Shown here one piece after another: positions 25,401 through 37,518 of a stretch of DNA of 64,000 nt. The notes under the pieces are model-generated. The model was not told the DNA's origin. It ran no database searches and saw nothing but the letters and a program-made list of their open reading frames with translations. Origin of the DNA: Catajapyx aquilonaris. Its lineage: Eukaryota. The DNA lies in assembly GCA_000934665.2 (NCBI GenBank), contig KZ538307.1, positions 1-64,000 on the forward strand, written 5' to 3'. Positions within the stretch are counted from its first letter, which is position 1, and each line of letters opens with the position of its first letter. Position numbers and translations under genes: made by a program.

Positions 25401-26562
25401 AGAGAGTGGAAGTAAAGTGCATGAGGTTAAAATCCGCCAGTTCTTTTTTACTGGTCAGATGTATAGTAAAATAATTGCACTGTTGCACTTTTGAGAGCGT
25501 TGACGCCACACACGGCCGGGGTGGTGTATACTCCCCACTTTTGTAACGAGTTGTGCATTATTTATACTTGAGGAAACAACTTGTTGGAAGCAACATTCTG
25601 TTAAATAAATGCATCCAATAATACGTGTACTTACACATCCGTTCTTGTCTTTCCAGATCATGGTTCCTCTCCCACACTTGATTCCTTCTAACCAGTGCCC
25701 CCTGAAGACATTTCCAGTTTTGTAGTGCCGCTCACCCCATCCCTGCCTCATCCCGTTCATGAGGTAACCATCAAAGTAGTCTTGTGGTCCGTCGTATAAT
25801 ATTCTCCCCTGAAACAGGATTCAATAATCTTCATATCCTGTAGCTTCTACACTGCGAATGTTTCTCATGACGTTTCACTAACCTTCCCGTGTATCTTCCC
25901 GTGAGACCAATCCCCCGAGTATCCCCGTTTGTGGTCCTTAGTCCTGAAGGTCCCAAGACCGTGTTTGAGCCCATTGAGCACTACACCCTTGTAAGTACTG
26001 TGGTCATCCCACCTGTAGAAGCCACATCCGTCAAGTTGGTTGTAGTTGAGGTCTCCTTCGTATATGATCCCGTCATCCCACTCCAGTCGTCCATTCCCGT
26101 GCATGTACCCATTGACAAATGTACCCTCGTAGTACAGGCCAAGTCCGTAGTCCACACGAGCCCAGCCGTGCAAGTAGTTGTTCTCTAGCACCCCGCAGTA
26201 CCTGGAGGAATATGCAAGTGTTAACTTGGGTTCAACAAGTTCAGTATAGCCGTGAACTCTGACCTGGGGATCGTGTGCGGTGCGAGTTCCATCACGAATT
26301 TGGGCGGCAATCTCGGGGCCGGCGGTAGGTCGGATTCGGGTGTCACTTCAGGTATCAGCAAGCTAAGGGTAAATTCCAGGGAGGGGCTCCTCTCTTTGAT
26401 CGCTTCTTCGTCCTCTTCTCCGGGGTGGGCAATGGACATGAGCGATCCATCTTCGTTCTCTCTGCCTGACCCAGTACCTCTGCCTGTTCGACTGGTGACG
26501 CTGCCGCGTGGATCTGATGTCTGTCTGCCCTGCTTCTTTTGTGGTTTCGGTTTCGGCCCCAT
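22435..26562 (-). CDS. RSPH10B: Radial spoke head 10 homolog B-like MORN-repeat protein, 6 coding exons, about 796 aa
   Basis: complement(join(22435..22725,23171..23877,23954..24554,25635..25808,25883..26201,26264..26562)); GT-AG introns with consistent phases (2391 nt). Tandem MORN repeats (YEGTFVNGYMHGNG, YEGEWCNNLRQGSG etc.) followed by RSPH10B-like C-terminal blocks (NPFEELAFHQFLEYL, EFEINFLDFCDII). Confidence 0.85.
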
Positions 26563-26576
26563 TTTGCCTCTGTGTG

Positions 26577-26590
26577 GTTACCAAGCAATC
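26577..26590. promoter_or_regulatory. RFX X-box-like motif in the RSPH10B/CFAP65 divergent intergenic region
   Basis: GTTACCAAGCAATC is one mismatch from GYTRYY-N1-3-RRHRAC and lies 14 bp upstream of the RSPH10B ATG. Confidence 0.45.
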
Positions 26591-27352
26591 GACTATGGTG
26601 GTTGATCAACAATGGTTTTGCATTCTTTCGTCTGCTGGGCCCGTCACTCCTGACTGCAACAGGAGATTCATATGTCATTCAGAGATCTCACGGTTAGTAT
26701 GCCACCTGTCTTTTGCATTATGCTTCATTGTTTTCATTAGAAGTCATATAGTGATATTTCAATACTGATTTCTGCATATGGAAAGAAAGCTTAACGTAAC
26801 TTGGTACGGGATGAATCGGTGGACAAAAAACAACAAGCTGGTCTTATCCACCAGAAGAAAACTTTGGGAAGGCCACAGAGCGATTCTGAAATTAGCACCT
26901 TGTAGAATCTGATTTCGCCTTTCCATCACAGTGTCAAACGCGTCTAGTCGGTTGGAATTGAGAAAACAGGAGGAGTGTTTTTGCAAGTATAAAGGAGGTG
27001 GCAGCAGGCCGTATGCCAAAACTGGAATCTGGAATGAAGGCTGCTGGGTGCACAAGGTGGGGAGGGGGGGGGAGGGGTGTGGCTTTATGTTTGTTTGTGT
27101 GATTGGGCCAAGGATTAAAGCTGAGCACCGCCAAGGCATGCCTTGGACACTTATCTCCATGCAACAGCTGCTGCACAGGAATGGTCCACTTTAGACATAA
27201 CTTCGTGTCGTCGCTTGGCTTTAACTCCACGTTGCATCACACGCATTGTTGGAGTCCACGCAATTGCTTTTGTAGGTTTTAATCAGTCCCAGATATTCCC
27301 ATCTATTGATAAACATTTTTTTGGTTACATTTTTGGTCAGCTCTGAGCAACG

Positions 27353-30300
27353 ATGCAGTGGCCTTCGTACAAGGTGCCAAGAGCGGAGGAGCCTGCTGGT
27401 GTCATCATAGTGAGGTTTGACAATGTCATGGTGGAGCGTACTCAAATCAAGCACGTGTTCCTCGTCAATAGTCGCACAGTGAGTCCATCTTCTAAGACCA
27501 TGCTGCATCACCATAATGCGCACAATTTCATATGGTGCCAGGCGTTACAGTGAGGCTGAGGCATTTTTTGCATGCTTTTGTCCCCCCCTTTTTTGCAGGG
27601 CGGAGCTTGCAAAATAAGAGCAGTGAGGACCTTGAGGGGGGCGAAGGTTTTCGGGGGGTTGCATGAAGAGAGAAGGCCGGGACAGCCATCTCTTTTTAGC
27701 TGTCTGCATTTTGCTAACAGGAACATGTCTCTCATTTCAGACCTTAATGGGGACGATGGAGATTGCATTTTGAGGGTACATATAGTAACAGATGGCCTAT
27801 TTGTCTGGATAGGGAACTTAGCGACATTCCAAAATGCAGGTGCACATATATTTTTTAAAAAAATTACGGGGAGTCCGGTGGTTAAAAATGAATCACAGGG
27901 TGGCAGAAGAGAGGTAGAAAAAATGGAACATCAGAAGTGACTCCTGCTTGGCTCTCCTTCTTTGATACTTGGCAACACTAGTGGGGCTTTAGGTTTGGTT
28001 ATGTGGAGGCCAGAATAGTGCGCAGTGTGGAGTGAGAGGTGGCGAGAGGTAGGGGACACACTTACGTGTTGCTATAGTGTTTTGGCCGCTTCTCCCTCAG
28101 ATGTGTGTGGTGGTCACATGACCAGGTTGTTTTTACAAAAAAGTCTGGAGGATACAGTCTGCTGTTTCCAGCCATTCATGATAAAGTAGGGTACACTGCA
28201 CTGGGTGTTTGCGACCGAAATATGCTTCCTTGCTGTTGGCCTCTGAAGATTTTCTATGATGTCGATATACTGTATAGAATAAAGTATTTTGGGGAATACT
28301 GAAATCGACCAAATAATATAAAATTTAGCACGGACAAATAAAACCATTAGCGTAAAAATGGCACATTTTCTAACTACAAAAAAGAGGGACTTGTGCCTCA
28401 ATGGGACTATCGAACAAAAGTCTAATTAACATGACAACCGAAGAGATATAGCGATTCTAATTATAGCGGAATACAACGTTGACCTGGGGAGACCTACATT
28501 CGAGTGCAATCTCTTCCGCTTAAAAAAACATCCTTGAAATCCTATAGAATATGTAGAAATCTCTCGGAATTCCCTACAAAATTCTTCGAATGATGGTCTT
28601 CTCAGTTCCCTATAGAAGTAGCTGTTGTGTCACCCCACTGTGTAGCACCCAAGCCCACGACCATGGTGCGTCACATAATTATACTCGCACCTGCACCTCC
28701 TGAACAAAAGGGGACGTAGTGGTGTATGGAAAGCATATCTTCGACAGCATGCAGTGCACGTGCCAGAAAAGCATGGCCTCGAAGCACGTCCACCCACGCC
28801 CCAGTCTGTAGCACCGCCATAGTTAAAGGGGGGGCATTCCCCCGTTTGACAATGCGTCTTCGAGACTTGCCAACGTTTTGCTGGGTGCAAAATCTTGGCA
28901 TCGGCGCAAATGGTTTCGCGGGTAAAGAAGTAAATGTCCGACGCTTGTTGCTACGACGGTATGTGGCGTAATCGGCAAGGATCGACTCAAACGACGAGGC
29001 GGCTTCCGTTGTGGTAACGCGTCATGCCTTAGTCCCGTTTGACTAAAGAGGAAACAAGTGAATCCCCCATACCTTTTTCTTAACCCCCCCCCCCCCTTCC
29101 TCCTGATGCTTTTTGTAATCAGAAGCTCCTGGCAAAGACACAAGCGCTTCTTCCGGGTGTACAGTCTCGCCTCGAAGAAGCAGCTTTGACTAATGATGTG
29201 ACGTCGCGTTTCTTCACTCGTCTTCCGGACGCGCGCCCAAAATGCTTCCAGCTAACTTTTTTTTAAATCCTCTCCGGCCCGGCTTATAAGCATAAATATT
29301 AAACGTAGTCAGGTGTGGAGGTAAGATAGTGCAGGTGGCGCCAAAGACAGAGTTATGAAGTAAACAAATTCATCAAGGGCTTGGTTGGTTGGGTCTGCAT
29401 TGCTTGGGTGTGGGTAATGCTTGGCATGCTCTTGTCTAGTTTTTGCAATTCGAAGCTTGTCCTCTTTTTACGTTCTGTATGCGGGTAATTCTCATTTTTA
29501 AACAAAGATTAATTAATAGGAAGATATTTAGGAAGTTTGGAGTGTATAAAATGAGGGCAGGCACTAATAGTTGTTCTTAGAGTGCAGTGAGGGTCTGTTT
29601 GTTCTTATCATACTTTGCTGCTGTCAAAGCCAAGCCGAAGCTGTAAACATCGGTGTGCGCGGAGAGCTTTGCGTTGACTCTTTAGGATATCCTTTGGGTA
29701 AGATTACTTCTGGGGCTGAGGGTAATGAAGTGGTTGCCAAAATATGTCAATTTAAGTTTATGTTGCACAGAGAACACGTGGCGTCTGGTAACTTTTCTTT
29801 TTAGCAAAAACAAACAATGGGACGGTTTTTAAACAATATTTCCGATTCCAAAGAAAACGTATAGTTGTACGTGTTAGTGGCGACGTTGTGACTATAAATG
29901 TGATTGCAAAATTACAAAGAATTTGATACATACACATGTATAGGGTAGGATACCAAAGGTGCATGAATTTAGCCCATTCATGTTGTTGTATATTTATGAC
30001 TCATACGCATGCCACGTTTCCACAACTTGCAGATGAAACGACTTGTAAATCCATAGTGCTAAGTATTTCTGTAGAGAAAAGCAATTAGCAATGAGTAAGG
30101 AGTGTGAATCCAAAATGGATACTGCCCGAATACTTATGGCCTATGGCCAGCGGCATGATGGGTAACATCTGAGCGGTGACATGCGCTCTGAGTTAACCAT
30201 TCTGGCATTCTTCTGATCTCGAAAGTCAGATGATACAGATGGTCGCCTTGCTGAGAGTCAGGCCAATTCACGGTCCAGAACTTGTGATTATGCAGATTTA

Positions 30301-33300
30301 ACGGATTTTGTCAGTCACTAATGAATGGAGCAATGAAGAATTGCAATAAATTAGGCGCGCATGGTTGTAACATGCTATATATCTTAAATAATTGCTCAGG
30401 GAAAATGCCTTCTTGACAATAATGCTTGGTAGTAGTACGTAGATGTATTTTTAATGACATTTTTATTTTCCTCACATTTGTGCCAGGTTGGAGATTGCCT
30501 TGATATACACTACAGTATGATTCCATTGTACTATACAGTATGATTATTTGGCAATTAAATATAATATGTACACAGTAATAATAATATAATATGATAGGTA
30601 ATAGAACCCTGCCTGTGTTTCAGAACAATGGGGACATATGTAATAGTAATACCACACTCTCAACTACAATATTGGGGTCATCCACTGAATGCGCCGTAGA
30701 GCAGGTAAAGTCAGCACACAACATCAGTCATGCAGCGCCAATGCAATGAACAAGCAATGGTGTATGATGCACAATAACAGCCCCAAGTGTACTGTACATG
30801 GAACTTGTACAAATATTTCCCCTAGTCTTTGTCACTCCTTCACAATGTTGTGAAACTTCTCCACACATTTAGTTATCTCTGCTTCCTGGCAAATGTATTG
30901 CAGAAGCTGCATTTTTTGAAGAGGCGGTTTCCAAGAACGTGCTATTAATGGTGGCCACACTTACGCTCTCATTATCAGTTTTCCCCCCTTTTCATACTTA
31001 AAGTTTTTTTTAAAATCCCACTCGAGGCTCATATCCTGCACTATCCGAAGAGTTAAAACCGTTCGACACCCTTCGGCGTGAAGCGAAAAGAAGATGAAGT
31101 GTACTGGCCCCATTTTACTCCTCTCCTGCGATGCCTGCAAAAATAGGGTCCCCCCCCCCTCTCTACATATCCCCTGCCTTCCCTTCCTTACACACCACAA
31201 CACTAGTGGTCCCGGAGCCTGCTAAAAATTCGGCTTCCATCTTCTCTCATCCCCCCATCCCCAGCCGTGTCTGCCCCCACACAGCCCACTCTAGACTTGG
31301 CCTAGGTATACACCCCTCTTTTGCTATTCTGGGAAGCCAGCTAGGCATTCCAGGCCTGATGTTGAAGCTAGAAGGAAGGAGAAGGTGGAAGGAGGATGTA
31401 CCTGATCGACGATAGAACCTGCGAACATCGATATGGAAGGAGGAGGAAGAGGAGGAGTCTGATGTACAGGTGCTGCTCTTGCTACATACTTATCATGCTC
31501 ACGGGGATCCTGACCCGGAAGCACCACCAGGCACCTCAAGTCTAGTCGAGTGAGTGTCGTGCCATGTATCTATTGATGTTTTTTTTTCTTTTTTTTTCTG
31601 AGAAGTATGATTTTCCATGCGATGGGTACTCGAAATGTTGTAGTAGAGTGCACGTTATGGTTGACGTCATTTTTCTGGCGCTTTTGCAGATATGTGCAGC
31701 ACTCCAGCAACGGTCTTAGCCAGAAACTATTTGTTAGAAATTCATCTTGTACGTTGAATAAGATTTAACTTGTGTGAGTTCTAGGTATGTGGTAAAACCA
31801 TTTGAAGGGCTAATAGTAAAATATCACATATTCATGAATAGTTCTGACTTCATTGATTTGTCGTACATTATCATTAAATAACATACGACATAAAACTATT
31901 AACACTGCAGTGTGCTTGTACTGAGAAGTATATAAGAAAAGTCTATAGTTGGAGTACTTCAGTTAATTGGTACACGACTGGACACAAAAATAGTAGGCTA
32001 TTCACGTATATTTCGTAACGTTGGGGTGGTGAAACATTCTGGAACTGATTTTACGTTCTTTTTTCCGGAGTGATGTGCAACTCAAGTGTTGAAATAGGAG
32101 TGCAATGCAAAAAGTTACACATGATGAAAAACATATGGGGTTGATACCAGTCTATGCCACATTTTTGCGCCTTTTAGATCAAACCAGAGTTTGATAACAA
32201 AATTTTTGGAAACGTAGCATTCCGCTTCGTGAGTAACTTACCACTTTTGTCTAGGCATTCTCACGAGCCTTCTCATAAAACTCATGCCGCATTTGTTATT
32301 TTAAGTAGGCCTATAGAGTACCAATAATCCAACAAACCAAGTTCCGCATTGTTGAGGATAATTTTTCTTGTGGCTTGATTCAGATCGAGACCGGTACACT
32401 CTGTCCGGATCACGACCCGCTGGAGCAGATTGGATGGGAGACCTACCATGGTCAAGGAGTGAATCCTCGTGTCGTGGCCCTAGTGTTCTTCGTGTGACAC
32501 ATGGATGTGTGGTGGTGGTGGTGGCACCTCCCCTTCCTCCTGATGGCGTTGGGTACCACGTACTCTGCCCCACCGGACAGTCCCGACCAACCGCAGACAA
32601 CGCGAGCCCCTGGAGAAATGATATCTCTTTGCCACAACTTCACCAACGGAAACGACGACCTGTACGAGTTCTACTCCCCAAACTACCCCGGGGAGTACCT
32701 TCCGAACATGAGCTGTCACAAAGTGATTACAGCCCCCGAAGGCCACGTGGTCAAGGTGATCTTCATGGACGCGTTCAACGTGGAGCTGAGCGAAGGATGC
32801 CAGTACGACTACCTCGAAATTAAGGACGGTAACTCGGGTTCGGCTGTGGAGCTGGCACCAAAGTTGTGCGGACATGAGTTCCCGGATTTCATCCAGAGCA
32901 CGGATCGGTACATCTGGCTGCATTTCCACTCGGACAGGGAAGTGGGGTACACGGGGTTCAAGGTGCGCTACGAGTTTGTGAGGATTGAGACCACCAAAAT
33001 GCCGTCTGTGGAAGGGTGCAGGTACACCGTCGAGGGGTACTCTGGGAACATTTCCAGTGAGGATATCAACGGGTCGATGATACTGTTCACGGAGGAGACC
33101 AACGCTCCTCTGGACTGCATATGGACCATTCAGGTCCGCGATGGCTGGCAGGTCAGGCTTAAGTTCTTCCTCTTTAAGCTGCAAAAGCCCAACGAGTGCC
33201 AGAACAATTTTTTGCACTTGTACGAGCAGAAGGAGGAGGTGACGGACCACATTGTCAAGTTTTGCGGAACCATTGCTGAGAGTAAGAGCAGCACGTCCAA

Positions 33301-36300
33301 CGCGATGCAAATGAGATTCTTTGCCACGAAAGAAGCACTTAAGTCAAAATTTGAGGTGAGATCTGAGGTATTGCCAGGTGGGAATGTTTGTATACACTGC
33401 GGCCATTACCAGCTGTCACCGACACATCGTTCCTATCGTTACACAGTCCCTTGGAGAGATCCTGTTTCCTTTGTAATGACTGGCTTTAGTTATGCGGTCT
33501 TTATGAGGAATGTCCGTGTCGATATTCGACTATTTGGCACCCAAGGGGTTAACCACTTCGGTTCTCCGGTATACACCTGCAGTGGTACTCCCAGGTACTC
33601 CTTAGGTACTTTACTCTTTGGTACTCCTGGGTTCTCTTTGAATTTGGTACTCCAGTGTACACTTTACAGTCTAGTGGTTAACCCCTTATTACAGAGGGTC
33701 AGGTTACGGATTACGCGAGGAGCGAACTTTGCCATCATATCATGTAGTCATAAATCTTTCTGAGAGATAATATTTGCAGTTTATATTTGGAATACATTTT
33801 TAATAACTCCAAATAGTGTGTGCAATAATGCATTTTTGTTTTTTTGTGGTTTAATTTCTCACTGACGAGTTATGATATTCGAATGCTTTGCTTGTGGCAT
33901 TATAGGTTTTCTAAGAACGTCGGCGACAGCTAGATACAAAGCAGCGTATACACAGTAGTATGTAATACGAGTATTGCAATTTGTATTTTAAAGCAATATT
34001 TTAATCACAATGTGTCCAAGTTGTTAGTTGATGGATCATGCTACAGAACGCTTATTTTGATGTGCGTCTACTGGCACAATTAATTTATTGTTATTGTGAT
34101 TTTTGTGAAACTGCTGATATATACGAGTTTTATTTCCCATTGTGCACTTTTAAGGGTCAACATTATTTTATTTTATTCATATATACATTACACATCACCT
34201 GAGGTGGTATGTCTATGTTTAACTGGAATTTAGCAAGCACTCATTTTAGTTATTTGTTATTTGGGCTTATTTTAATACCGTACACTTTATACAGACTAAC
34301 GAGTAATTGCAAGCCAGGAAAATACGTATAATTTGTGCCCAGTTATTTAGAATGGCGTAGGACCGTATACCACGAATAGAATGACTAGCTTGTTCGCTGT
34401 GGTCTCTGGACAGATCGTGTTAGTGTGTGTTTATTCTCAAAAATGTTGTAGGCTATATTACTACATGAATTCACGAACTGAAAAGTGTTAACGCTGTCCA
34501 GTCGAAGATTTACTGTGCATATTGTGCAGTCCACCTTATAAAGCATCTCTGACAAATGGGATTACTTGAAGTGAAAAGATGGTCCTACACCAATTTCAGA
34601 GGTGTTTTAGGGAGACGGAGTGGCGCCGCGGTAACGCGTGCGCCCACGGAAGTTAAGGTCCCGGGTTCAATCCCCACCCGGGGTTCCCACCTTCTTTCGT
34701 GCAGAGTGAGACCGTCTCTGGCTTCGTTTTGGGTGGCGATCCTTTCACATATGCCACCCGGGGGAGTTCACAAAACGGCACATCAACGACATTGCACACG
34801 CACTTTGCACATCCCCTCCTACTTACCCTTGGAACACACTAAATACTATCTTAGTATACCGGTTCCACCCAAATGGTGGTATTCCACCCCCCTAAAGGAA
34901 ATGTAACTCCCAATGGGGTAATGCAAAAAAAAAAAAAAAAATTCAGAGGTGTTTTACATCCTGTACAAGACATTTGTCGACCGAAGTTACTTCATTTTGG
35001 TTGGGATTGTGGATAAGACTAAAATAAGGTCGGGGGTCACCTCTGCTTTAAAAACATATAATATGTGGACGACAACATCATGGAACTGCATGGATGTGTC
35101 TTACCAATATAGAGATGTGCCATCCAAATGTAATGACACTTATGACAAATCACTGTTCCATTATATTCATTTTCTTTCTCCCTCTCATCAAAATAATTTT
35201 AAGGAGTATATATCAGGAGATTACTCTAATTGAGTTTTAAAGTTAATCATCTTTAAAATACTGTGATGATCAGCTTCTACTCATTTGCGTTTATGTCCAT
35301 GATTATTATTTTCTCTTATCCGATAGTTTTAAGAATGACTAATCTATACCAAGGCTTGGTTTCATATTGTACATAACCATCAGGTCCTATTTATGTCATA
35401 CGAGTAATTGAAAAACTTATCCATATGCATTTTATGAGCTTTGAAAATCCCGATATGAAAATTATAATGTAGCATTTTTTTTCAACTTGATTTTGCCAGA
35501 CACCGCCCTGAAACTGAAATTATTTGTGTGTTTTTTTCTGTTGCTCCGAGGTAATATGGGAGGGAGGGAGAGTCCACCTATTGTACGTAGAAATAGGCCA
35601 ATAGGCACATGCATGAATTAAAATATTTGATGAAAAAGATGTGCAATGATGGTGGCCTAGACAAAGGATATAACCCAAAACATTATGAGATTTATCCTTG
35701 GTGCATGCAACCATCATTGCACATTTCACATGATATTATTTTTAATAATACAAAAGTGGTGTGGGGCTCCGAGGTACATATAGTAACGGGTAATTATTTT
35801 CGACACTTTTATAGCGGTGTGTAGAACTTTGCAACTCAGTCGATAGAAAAACCGAGTGTCAGCACTTATTTTTCTGCAGAAAGCCAAAAGTAGTACTTTT
35901 AATCAGTAACGATTTAAAATTAGGGACTAGCACTAGTTAGTACAGTACTTTTATTCAATCAATGCCTGAGTTGATTCAAAGTTTATGTGGCATGTGGAGT
36001 ATAAGGTATACTGCATATTATACTGTATATAGTAAGTTATTATTTTAAATCTAACACCTGAACGTTCTGTGCTCAGGACTAAGGGCTGTCAATAGCTACC
36101 TTGTGCAGTACATATAATTATGTGATGTTCAAATCTCGCTAGAAGACAGAAGATGTGTTCATTACCTCTTATTCAGCCTTATGTATCAGTCATCAAAGAT
36201 ACAACCTGATGGCTTTGATGTTGGAGCTTTTTAATCCAGTTCATATTGTTTAGAGCTTATCGTGCTAGACAGCGGCACTGTCTACGCGATTCAAAATCTC

Positions 36301-37479
36301 GCTCATTTCATGTGAACACTGTGAGCGATAACTACGTGCCATGTGATACGATTTTGTGCCACATGAAGTAGAGCAGCACTTTTCATGTGGCACCCTCACG
36401 AGATGTGTGTCAGCTCTGTGAATGCCCTCTTTAATAAAGTTATGAGGCACAAGAGGAGTCTTTTCATGAGATTCATCAAGGCACACATATACGCAGCACC
36501 AAGTAGAGCTTGCTGACGTACTGTTATGTACACAGCGGTACGCAGTCATATGAGTACATTATGTACTGTATAGCCTTATGGCCAACAGTAAAATAATTAC
36601 TGGAGCCCATTGAGACATTTGTGCAGTAGTGAAGATAGATCAGATCAGTACAGTATGTTTTTGTTGTCTTCTTGCTGCATTTGAGCATCTATGGTCTACT
36701 CCACCTAATTATACTCCGTCTCTTGGCACTTAGGCAGTGCACCAAGCTATACGAGTAAAAATACATTTAGGCCATCCCCCATCCGTGCTATGGCATTCGA
36801 ATCGACCACTCATTGTGAATGGGAATCTGATGTGCTAAACTAAATACTGTAATAAGCATACTACTCCGTATTACATTACAGTAAAACTATATCGGCTAGG
36901 TTTCCTAGAGGCCGCTGTTGAATAACCAAATCATGTATCATAAACAAGTTTGGCAAATCACGTGAGCGTGATTAGAGTAGACTTTTTCATGTTTACGGCT
37001 ATTGTCCCCATCGTCCGTTACGAGATTGAGACCGAAACTAACAATAACTCATTTTCGGCCAAAAGTGGACTTACCCTCTCCCCCCTTCCTCATCCTACCC
37101 CCAGACCGCCCCTTTCCCATTTAAAAAATCTATCCTAGCAAACTCATCTTTTAGACCTTTTTCATCAATCGAAAAAAGTCTTATAGCTCTGTCCGTCCGT
37201 CCGTCCGTCTGTTGACAGGTATCAGGGGGTTGGAGGAGGAAGGGAGGCAATGGTGATCTGGCGGAGGGGGCGCGGGCGGTCAGGGGTAGGGGATGGCGGG
37301 GGAAAGGGGCGGTGGAGGTAGGGGGCAGCCAGGGGGAAGGTGCGGATAGAGTGAACCCGGAACCCGAAAATCGCAAAAAAGTCTTATACTCGTAGCACGG
37401 CTCTGTCTGTCTGTCTGGTCTGGTGGGAATGGGCTGTAAGGGTAGAGGGTGGTGGGGGCAGCCAAGCGGATACCTGTCC

Positions 37480-37518
<39 letters not shown>

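Noticed and set aside
32480..33310. 276-aa minus-strand ORF (also 37680-38558 minus ORFs and 42766-43347)
   Set aside because: Antisense shadows of real exons with biased codon usage; no recognisable domain or splice context.
33356..33763. Read-through of the 420-aa CUB ORF past 33355
   Set aside because: Strong donor GAG|GTGAGA at 33356; the downstream peptide runs into repeat sequence and CUB2 is completed by the 37684 exon. A secreted intron-retained form is not excluded but is unsupported.
34610..34690. Apparent tRNA genes (also 20059-20135, 10770-10841, 18200-18276, 40940-41014)
   Set aside because: A/B boxes are followed by SINE bodies, A-rich tails and TSDs; these are SINE heads.
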